A stretch of 63,613 bases of DNA, filler included, from Octopus bimaculoides (Eukaryota): NCBI RefSeq assembly GCF_001194135.2. It is 8 parts of 7 records of this genome, joined end to end, with 100 filler letters (N's around TTAATTAATTAA, not from the genome) between each part and the next. Parts side by side here need not be neighbours in the genome. Positions count along the whole stretch, not along the records: positions 1 to 14,112 come from NC_068983.1; positions 14,213 to 22,926 come from NC_068981.1; 6 more parts are not named here. One strand, written 5' to 3'. The notes under the pieces were generated by a model. It was not told where the DNA came from. It was given only the letters and a program-made list of their open reading frames with translations, and made no database searches. Made by a program: the position numbers and the translations under genes. Shown piece by piece: positions 14,023 through 22,435 of this stretch (position 1 is its first letter; each line of letters opens with the position of its first letter).

Positions 14023-14067
14023 GGCCAGAGTTCTTTCGTCACACTTCTGTGACCTCATCAGTGGTCC
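14023..14067 (-). ncRNA. Minimal type I hammerhead ribozyme motif (Penelope-like-element type)
   Basis: Minus strand reads GGACCA CTGATGA G GTCACA gaag TGTGAC GAAA GAAC TC TGGCC. Intact CUGAUGA/GAAA core, 6-bp stem II, 2-bp stem III, CUC cleavage triplet, stem I of about 5 bp with one bulge. Confidence 0.7.
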
Positions 14068-14112
14068 TTTGTTTCCTTCTTTCTTATGTGTGTCTCACCT
14101 TGCTAACTATCA

Positions 14113-14212
14113 NNNNNNNNNNNNNNNNNNNNNNNNNNNNNNNNNNNNNNNNNNNNTTAATTAATTAANNNNNNNNNNNNNNNNNNNNNNNNNNNNNNNN
14201 NNNNNNNNNNNN
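14113..14212. other. Artificial 100-nt scaffolding spacer (44 N + TTAATTAATTAA + 44 N); also at 22927-23026, 37308-37407, 46127-46226, 49069-49168, 59333-59432 and 60977-61076
   Basis: Identical geometry seven times. The 12-mer is palindromic and has stop codons in all six frames. Confidence 0.95.
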
Positions 14213-15602
14213 GCAGGGATGAAATATAAAAGTTGCTAGAAACAACAGCCAAATCTCCCTTAAATCACACAAAGTAAACGGAATTTTAAAAATCTAATTA
14301 CTGCACTGAAAAGTTCAGATCGAGAAAATTCCATTGATGTAAAAAATTTTACGAAAAAGTGGAAAATGTGGATTTCTATAAACATTCAAAAAGGCTTCAC
14401 ACAAACACACAATTTCAGATTTATATATTAAGATAAATAAAACTTAAAAAACAGAGTTGGAACTCTTTTGAATAATATATTCCTCTATACACTATCATAC
14501 AAACCCCTTTTTTTATTTTTATTTTTATTTATTTATATATATCTGTGTGTGTTTTTGTGTCTATGTTGGTGTGTTTATGTCCCCCATAACTTAGTGATTC
14601 AGCAAAAGTGACCGATAAAATAAATACTAAGCTTTAAAAAATAAATACCAGGGTCTATTCATTTGACTAAAAATTCTTCAAGGTACTCCATCATGGCCAC
14701 AAGTGAAAGACAAGTTGCACGCATGCACATATTTGTCTTTAAGAACAGTCTGTCTCAAGCCTACAGACTCACTAAGCCAAAGCTTATCCCAGTCACTGAG
14801 GCAGTTCACTTGATGAGAGTACAAAACCTTCCTCAGTCTATTAACCTGGGTTAACCCCCAGCTACTTAGGCTGCCCATTTTCAACTGAATGGACTGGAGC
14901 AACATGAAATGAAGTGCTTTTGCTCAAGAACACCTAGTCTGAAAATTGAACTCTTGATCTTATATTCAGGAGTTCAACACCTTAACTGCTAACCCATGAG
15001 ACTTTGTGTCTGTATTATTCTTTTACTTGTTTCGTTCATTTGAGCACCACCTTGAAGGGTTCTGGTCAAACAAATCGATCCCAGGACTTATTTTTTTAAA
15101 GCTAAGTACTTCTATCAGTCGCTTTTGCTGAACTGCTAAGTTACAGGGCCATAAACAAACCAACACCAATTGTCAAGTGGTTATGGGGACACACACACAC
15201 ATATACATATGTATCTGTATGTATGTTATATATATGACAGGCTTCTTTCAGTTTCTATCTACCAAATCCATTCACAAAGCATTGGTTGGCCCAAGGCTAT
15301 AATAGAAGACACTTGCCCAAGGTGTCATGCAGTGGGATTGAACCCAGAACCATCTGGTTGAGAAGCAAGCTTCTTACCACACAGCCACACCTACATGTGT
15401 GTGAAATTATTATTGTAACAAGTTGAAAATTCCACCTAAAACTGCTATGTTTATTTTTCTAAGATCTCCTCTATTAAGTATGCCAAGTAATTATTTTGAT
15501 CGTTAAAAATACATCTCTATATAATGAACGTTTTAAACCTAAATTCCACCAACTTTGAATATTCTTTACATTTACATAATTGCATTTTTGATTATTATTC
15601 AG

Positions 15603-15672
15603 TGTTGGAAATGAACATAAAAGTCAAGGTAAATTGGGAGCTGCAATTCTGTCAAATGATTCCAACAAAGAG
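15603..15672 (+). CDS. FKBP15: FKBP15-like internal exon (N-terminal WH1/PH-like region): xVGNEHKSQGKLGAAILSNDSNKE
   Basis: Acceptor ttattcAG at 15601-15602 and donor GTatgt at 15673. One nt completes a split codon, then 23 codons. Resembles human FKBP15 TNGQYVKQGKFGAAVLGNHTARE as I recall it. Splices in frame to the next exon. Confidence 0.88.
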
Positions 15673-15886
15673 GTATGTTACCATTTGTTTCTATCAGAAC
15701 AAGAACCAATGCTGACCATTTCTAAATTAGATGACTTAATGAGTTTGTTTTTATTTCCTCTGTCAGTTAGTCTTTTTCTCTCTTTGATTAATTGATCATA
15801 TATATGTATGCATACATGCATCATAATTACTTATAGTGTGTTCAGTATATTTTCAGTGTAAACTTATTCTGTGTGGTATCTTAGAC

Positions 15887-16165
15887 CAGGGGTTTTCAAA
15901 CTTTTTGACTTGCGGACCCCTTTATATTTCAGGCTTTACCTTAGGGACGCCCTTATGAACGCTTATGAAATTTATACATAAATATTTGCTTAAAATAACA
16001 TGTATTTTTACATTTATTTATTTAACAGTATTTAACAAATAGGTTTATTGTCAATTAAAAGATTTCGATTAAAAAACATATATAAAATCAAATTGCCCAT
16101 AAAAAGTATTTGCTGTCCACGGACCCCCTGTCTTGTCCTTGCGGACCACAGTTTGAAGACCCCTG
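15887..16165. mobile_element. hAT (Charlie-like) MITE
   Basis: TIRs CAGGGGT(T/C)TTCAAACT (16 bp, one mismatch). The 8-bp flanks tcttagac/gtatagag share the TAGA core. Confidence 0.78.
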
Positions 16166-16201
16166 GTATAGAGCAGTAATAAGAAAAAGAGATGGCACTG
16201 G

Positions 16202-16764
16202 AAAAACAATGGTTTTGTTATGAACTTCATTAGCTTACAGCTGTTTCTGTTATATCAGCAATGACTTTTTTACTGGTGATGCCTTCTCTGTATATTGCAA
16301 AAATGTAATCCTTTTTTTTCCCAAATAAATTGCACTTCATATTCGAGGCTCCAATGAAGCTATAGGGTGTTATTCAGGCATTTAACGAGTCCACTGCATC
16401 CTCTAGCACAGTTGTTCCCAAAGTGGGTAGTATTGCCCCTTGGGGGGGGGAGCAAGGGGGCATTGAAGAACAGTGGAGTGATAATGGGAGAGCAATTCAT
16501 GTAAAAAGTAAGGCGATAATGGGATAGCAATTCATGTAAAAACAACAAAATAATGGGTTCATTGGGTTAAGTTTTATTTGTGAAATACAGTTGCTTTGAA
16601 TTTGCTTCAGAAAGAGGTCTATGTTTGTGATGCTTAGTTGGGGTGGAGGTGCTAGGAATGTGGGATGGGTGTCAAGGGGGCAGCAGCCTGAATAGTTTTG
16701 GGGACCACTGTTCTAGAAGAAACAGCTGTAAGCTAATGAAATTCATAACATAACTACTGTTTTT
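16202..16764. repeat. ~47-bp inverted repeat (16202-16248 / 16718-16764) enclosing the hAT MITE at 16409-16710
   Basis: AAAAACAATGGTTTTGTTATGAACTTCATTAGCTTACAGCTGTTTCT versus the reverse complement of the right arm; 4 mismatches. Confidence 0.85.
16409..16710. mobile_element. hAT (Charlie-like) MITE
   Basis: Ends CAGTTGTTCCCAAA and (reverse complement) CAGTGGTCCCCAAA. 8-bp TSD ctctagca/ttctagaa (6/8 identical, TCTAG core). Confidence 0.78.
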
Positions 16765-16854
16765 TTTTTGTGTCATCCCTTTTTCTCATCTTATTTGTAT
16801 ATCTTTACTTAACAATGACAATTTTTATATCTTATTTTACTTTTCATTTTCTAG

Positions 16855-16929
16855 TATCGAATACTTCTTTATGTTACCAAAGAAAAGCAAGTGACCAATG
16901 TAATAATTACCAAGTCCTTTACTTTCACT
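16855..16929 (+). CDS. FKBP15: FKBP15-like internal exon: YRILLYVTKEKQVTNVIITKSFTFT
   Basis: Polypyrimidine tract + ctAG (16853-16854) and donor GTatga at 16930. 75 nt, phase 0/0. Matches human YRILLYISQQQPVTVARIHVNFELM (recalled). Not in the ORF track in this frame. Confidence 0.9.
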
Positions 16930-17720
16930 GTATGAAAATCAACAATTTCTTCATTTATTCATTTTAATTCTTTACTAATACTAGATTATAAAAATGCTTC
17001 ATTTAAATTATCTATCATGATATAGTAATACTTAAGAGGAGATAGCTGTATATGTTGTCATATCATCTGTAAAAAATATGTTGTGTATCAAATAAAAGTT
17101 TATTTTTCATAATGGAGATCATCACCGTCATTTAACATTGTCCTTCTCTGTTGACATGAGTTCGATGGTTTGACAGGAACTGGCAAGTCAGAAGACTGCA
17201 CCAAGCTCTACTGTCAGTTTGGGCATGGTTTCTGCTGCTGCTGCTGCTGGATGCCTTTCCTAATGCCAATCATTTTACAGAGTATACTGGGTGCTTTTTA
17301 CAATGGCACTAGTAGCAGTGCAGTCTCCATGTAGCTTGCAAGACAAAGTCCCTTCAACTCAAGGGTGAGTAGTATTGAGGGAGGTAGCTTTGTGTCAGGT
17401 AATGAGAGGTAAGAGTATGAACAGAAGGACAGAAAAAGATGTCTTGCTGCTGAGGAGATACATGGCTACCTCCACTGAGAAGAAAGAGAGAGAGAGATAG
17501 TTGTACTTAAAAGGAGATAGCTGTATAAATGTGTCCATATCACTTGTAAGAAATGTGATGTTTCAAAAAGATAATCTCAGAGATAAATATATTTAGCTTT
17601 GCCTTATCTAACATAAAAATTTTGATTATACACTTTTTATAACTATTACTTGTTGGTTGTTTATAACTTGTATGTTTTCGAAATAACTCTACCAATGTTT
17701 TTTTTTTCTTTCTTGTTTAG

Positions 17721-17819
17721 ATGCAACCAAATAACTATGCTATGTTCTATGATGCAGCAAAACAAGGTTGGTCAATTTTGTTCGAATCTGAACAAATTGC
17801 TCATAAATTTGCAAGAGAA
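17721..17819 (+). CDS. FKBP15: FKBP15-like internal exon: MQPNNYAMFYDAAKQGWSILFESEQIAHKFARE
   Basis: tcttgtttAG acceptor and GTaagc donor at 17820. 99 nt, phase 0/0. Matches human VRPNNYSTFYDDQRQNWSIMFESEKAAVEFNKQ (recalled). The ATG is internal, not a start codon. Confidence 0.93.
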
Positions 17820-18111
17820 GTAAGCTCATTTCTTTTAACACAATTTTCTATTTGCTTTAATTGTAGCGAGACTGCTTATAACTATTTAATATTTAATATT
17901 GAGTCATTTAGTTCTAATTATTTAGTGTTGAGTCATTTAACTGAAACATATTTTTTTTTATGGTATTTTAATAAAAATTTATTAACAAAGATAATTGTTA
18001 TTGTAGATGCTAACTTGCTAGAATTATCTATCTTGCTCTTCAGATATGTTACATTGTATCATTCGATGCACTTTGTTTAAGACTGAAATTGAAAATTTAA
18101 AAAAATTTTCT

Positions 18112-18284
18112 GAGTCGCAGGAGTGGCTGTGTGGTAAATAGCTTGCTTACCAACCACATGGTTCCGGGTTCAGTCCCACTGCGTGGCACCTTGGGCAAGT
18201 GTCTTCTACTATAGCCTCGGGCCGACCAAAGCCTTGTGAGTGGATTTGGTAGACGGAAACTGAAAGAAACCCGTTGTATATATG

Positions 18285-18339
<55 letters not shown>

Positions 18340-18553
18340 TTGTGTGTCTGTGTTTGTCCCCCCACCATCGCTTGACAACGGATGCTGGTGTGTTTACGTC
18401 CCCATAAATTAGCGGTTCGGCAAAAAGAGACCGATAGAATAAGTACTAGGCTTACAAAGAATAAGTCCTGAGGTCGATTTGCTCGACTAAGGGTGGTGCT
18501 CCAGCATGGCCGCAGTCAAATTACTGAAACAAGTAAAAGAGAGTAAAGAGAGT
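18112..18553 (+). mobile_element. tRNA-derived SINE, family A, full-length young copy in an FKBP15 intron
   Basis: Complete head (A/B boxes), CORE-like segment, internal (TA)n, and a tail ending in GTAAAAGAGA repeats. CpGs retained. Confidence 0.9.
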
Positions 18554-18608
18554 CAATGAATTTTTTTACAAAGCTATCTTTAATTGCTAACTTTCTAGGA
18601 ATCATGAC

Positions 18609-19772
18609 AATGTCAAGGAATTTAGCTTGCTGATTTGGGTCTGGCAGTAACTGTCCAATATAGTGATGGATCTGGCCATGAATGTCAACGGAGGGATTCC
18701 ATATGTTTCTTTTAGGAATAACTTTTTTCTCACCGAATGATGTCATTTGGGAAAGGCAGTGGTAGTTTGATGTTCTTCCTTAATTCTTTTGGAAGATGGT
18801 CATCGCTGTTGTATAAATGGATAAGTTCATTTGGTGGAGGCTGTAAATTGCCAATACAAACTTTTCCCTTCCTGCAGCAGAAATTTGCAGTTTCACCATG
18901 GAATAAGAATGCACAACAGTAAGAGCATATTTTATTGACCACACCTACATCAGCAGAAAGAGTGGATCCATTTCCTTCCATTGTTCCCTCTGTCCTTTCT
19001 TTCCTCACCCAGTTGTTTAAGAGTCGTGCAGCTCTCATCTCAGGCGTTTCTGCAAGTCTTCTGCTATTTGTTCTTTGTTTCACATCCTGGAGACATGCAT
19101 TCCTATCTTCCTCAGTCTCTCCCCCTTTGTTGCATGACTCTGTTATCCTGCCGTCATCTCAGCCGTTTCTTGTTGTCTCCTTGCCCTTGCTGCTTCCCAA
19201 TGCCTTCTGGCATCATCTCTTGACCACAATGATCCCCGTCTCCTTCCACATGGCATAATTAATCAGTGCTTATTTTTGAATATAATGCCGTATTAAGAAA
19301 ATTAAATCAAAACAACAAAGAGATTACAAATGTCAAATGAATGAAATAGAATAAAATCTGAAATGATGAAACAATAAGTAATCTCTGCAAAAAAGATGTT
19401 TCTCTATGTCAGTACATCAAAAAGTCGAATTTTTCTTTTTCTTAGAGAGTGATAGAGAGAGAGCGCAAAGACTGTGTGTGTATATGTCACAGATAGCACG
19501 GGTGTTTGTGTTGATTCACACATGACATTCATTATATGTGTGTGTATTCTGTATGTGTGCTGACATCACAGAAGCCATGTTTTTTTTTTTTTCATCAAGA
19601 ACTAACAAACAAAAATTGTGTAATCATTTTCATTCATAAATAGAGGTCCAAATATCATAAAACCTCATACTGCACTGCATGAAAATATATATGTAAAAAA
19701 ATTAAGATAAAAAATACTATTCCTGAGATATTTCAGAAACAAATGTCTTCTAGAGTTTTAGTATTATTAAGA
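18609..19772 (-). mobile_element. Helitron 5' fragment (degraded Rep/Hel N-terminus) in an FKBP15 intron
   Basis: Minus-strand peptides ETPEMRAARL, CSYCCAFLFHGETANFCCRKGKV..LQPPPNEL and MTSFG..IHGQIHHYIGQLLP..KFL are typical Helitron N-terminal motifs, with a frameshift near 18740. Putative 5' terminus A|TCTTAATAATACTAAAACTCTAG at 19772. No 3' CTRR end found. Confidence 0.8.
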
Positions 19773-19898
19773 TTATTTTTTAAGGCTTTATATGAAGGAA
19801 TTAATGGCTCTGATAATGAGCTGCCTGCTGAAAGGTTAACGGTGCAAATCCAGTCACAAGCAATGCATTGTACTCTTAGAATGAGCACATTGCTTTAA

Positions 19899-20113
19899 CC
19901 TTTTTGTTACATTTCTGTGGAAATATAACTGCATTTGTTTCAATTAATTTTGAAAATAATGAAGAACTTAATAGAATATCTTTTTCATTATTATACTGGT
20001 GTTTGCAACATGAATTAACATTTTGATGGCAGGTTTTAATTTAGATAATTTAAAAACAAGAAGTTTGTGTTATGGAACCAGAGGTAGTCTCAAGCAGGCT
20101 AGTTGCAAAGGGG
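19899..20113. mobile_element. Old piggyBac-like MITE; related copies at ~21415-22122 (interrupted) and ~54990-55130 (partial)
   Basis: TTAA-CCTTT start and AAAGGG-(C/T)TAA end. The internal sequence (ttttgatgg..ttttaat..aaaacaagaagttt) is shared with the other copies. Confidence 0.5.
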
Positions 20114-20296
20114 CTAATATGTACCCTGCCACCTACAAGGTTTTGAGTAGGAAGATAATGAAAATTATCCAATTATAATTCGTTAGTAACAATATCCAAC
20201 CTGTTCACTTTTGAAAACAGATATAAGGAAATTTTTTTAAACAATAACAAAGACAAATATTTTTTTTTTTAATTCAATTCTAAACTTTTATTTCAG

Positions 20297-20449
20297 ATTG
20301 CCATTGCCAAATCAAAATTATGTGACAGTGCCTTAGATACTGTAATTATCCAAGATTTGGTTCTTGGAGAAGGCAATTCATTAGAGACTGGTGACTCTGC
20401 AGAAGTGAAATATACTGGATGGTTACTTACTAATAAAAAACTTGGACAG
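20297..20449 (+). CDS. FKBP15: FKBP15-like internal exon, start of FKBP domain: IAIAKSKLCDSALDTVIIQDLVLGEGNSLETGDSAEVKYTGWLLTNKKLGQ
   Basis: tttcAG acceptor and GTatgt donor at 20450. 153 nt, phase 0/0. Carries the FKBP motif GD-x-x-EVxYTGWL and matches human VCIAKCNSTSSLDAVLSQDLIVADGPAVEVGDSLEVAYTGWLFQNHVLGQ (recalled). Confidence 0.95.
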
Positions 20450-21498
20450 GTATGTGTCAGTGTCTGATGAAAAATCTCAGACTGTTCCTTCTCATCTTGT
20501 TGTCTTCGTGTATTGATTGACTATTTGATTTTAACCAGCCTATCATGTGGACATTTACAACAATTTTTTAATTCTATAATCAAGATGCTATTGTTGACAG
20601 AAATTCTTGTAGTATTTATTCCACCCTTTTAAGTTGAGTTAAAATCTCAGAGGTCAACTTTGTCATTTATCTTAAAGTACCAAGCATTTACAAGGGTACA
20701 TAAAATCAGCTAACTCCACCTCTCACTCAAATTTCTGGCCTTGTGACTACATGACAAACAATTATTGTTGTATGTCTTCACAATCAAAGTAAGCTGTCAC
20801 ACTCAGTTTCGGTGATATTACTAAGGCTTGTCGTCGTCGTTTAACATCCGCTTTCCATGCTAGCATGGGTTGGATGATTTGACTGAGGACTGGTGAACCA
20901 GATGGCTACACCAGGCTCCAATCTGATTTGGCAGAGTTTCTACAGCTGGATGCCCTCCCTAACGCCAACCACTCCGAGAGTGTAGTGGGTGCTTTTACGT
21001 GCCNNNNNNNNNNCTGGATGCCCTCCCTAACGCCAACCACTCCGAGAGTGTAGTGGGTGCTTTTACGTGCCACCAGCACGAAGGCCAGTCAGGCAGTACT
21101 GGCAACGGCCACGCTCGAAATGGTGTATTTTATGTGCCACCTGCACAAGAGCCAGTCCAGCGGCACTGGCAACGATCTCGCTCGAATATCTTGTATCATT
21201 TTCAAATGAAGTTCAGTGCTTAGTCAGCAGTATATAATGTAACATTGGATGAGGTTTGTTACAGTGGTATTGAGGAAATGAGGAACAAATATGCTTTTCA
21301 TATGAAACTAAAGAGTAAAATATTGGTGTCTAATAAATCTAGTGTACTGCTACAATATAATTTTACTGTTACAATGTTTTGTTTTTTTCTCTCTCCTTGA
21401 GTCATTTGCTTTAACCCTTTTGTTACTGTTGTATTTCTTTTAAAATACACTACTAATGTTTCAATTTATTTTGAAAATTATGAAAAAATTTAGTGCAG

Positions 21499-21980
21499 CT
21501 TCCTAGGGCTAAATAGCAGTAGTAAGATTCCCTTATTGGGACTGTCACATTAAGTTGACAGTATACAACTACTTTATCGTATCACTACTGCTTAAGTCTC
21601 TCTCAGAGATTTAGAAATGTATCATTTCTAATTTTTGTAATCAGTGAATGTATTTCACTAGAATTATTATATGTTTACGAGAGCTAGACAGGCATCTTCA
21701 GCCAGCAAGTCATGCTACTTCAGGCTGATGACGAGCAAAAACTCAGAAACATTTCCCTGGATGCAGGTTTGGCTGGGTGGAGGTGCTTGTCTCCCCCTCG
21801 TAAACATAAGGACACAGGAAATGTGTCAAGGCCAACAGGAAGCGGTGCTACTTCCTAGGGCTAAATAGTCGTAGTATGATTCCCTTATTGGGACTGTCAC
21901 ATTAAGTTGACAGTATACAACTACTTTATCATATCACTACTGCTTAAGTCTCTCTCAGAGATTTAGAAATGTATCATTTC
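21499..21980 (+). repeat. 130-bp direct repeat (21499-21628 and 21851-21980), period 352 bp
   Basis: Manual alignment shows 4 mismatches in 130 nt. Confidence 0.95.
21719..21761 (+). ncRNA. Type I hammerhead ribozyme motif within a tandem 352-bp unit
   Basis: TTCAGG CTGATGA C GAG caaaaa CTC A GAAAC ATTTC CCTGGA. 6-bp stem I (one G-U pair) and 3-bp stem II. Stem III ACATTT is one change from the palindrome ACATGT. Confidence 0.65.
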
Positions 21981-22366
21981 AAATTTTGTTCTTATTAAGC
22001 TGGTATTTTAAGCATAAATTAACATGAAATTTTGATGGAAGATTTTAATGTAAATCACTTGGAAACAGGAAGTTTGTATCATAGAACCGGGAGTGCTCTC
22101 GGGTGCATTGGTAGTAAAAGGAATGAGTCAAAGTTCAGTTTGATAGGTATATTCTACTTTTGTTCATTTCAGTGAATATGTTACACTAGACAAACACAAT
22201 CACAGAAAAATAGGACAGATAAGTTGTACTGTTACTCACAGATTGTTTCAATATTCACAGCACACCACAGATTAATTAGTTATTTATACCTTTCTTTTTC
22301 ATTAATATTATCTATTTTATAGTTCCAATGTATACAATAATATTGTCACCTCATATCTTTCGATAG

Positions 22367-22435
22367 GTGTTTGATTCCAATGTCAATACAGATAAACAAT
22401 TTCGGTTCAAAGTTGGCAAAGGGAAAGTTATTAAG
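22367..22435 (+). CDS. FKBP15: FKBP15-like internal exon, FKBP domain: VFDSNVNTDKQFRFKVGKGKVIK
   Basis: gatAG acceptor and GTaagt donor at 22436. 69 nt, phase 0/0. Carries the FKBP motif FDS..F.F..G...VI and matches human VFDSTANKDKLLRLKLGSGKVIK (recalled). Confidence 0.95.

Noticed and set aside
20946-21071. 58-nt exact direct repeat around a 10-N gap
   Set aside because: Identical contig-end overlap inside a SINE; an assembly artefact.
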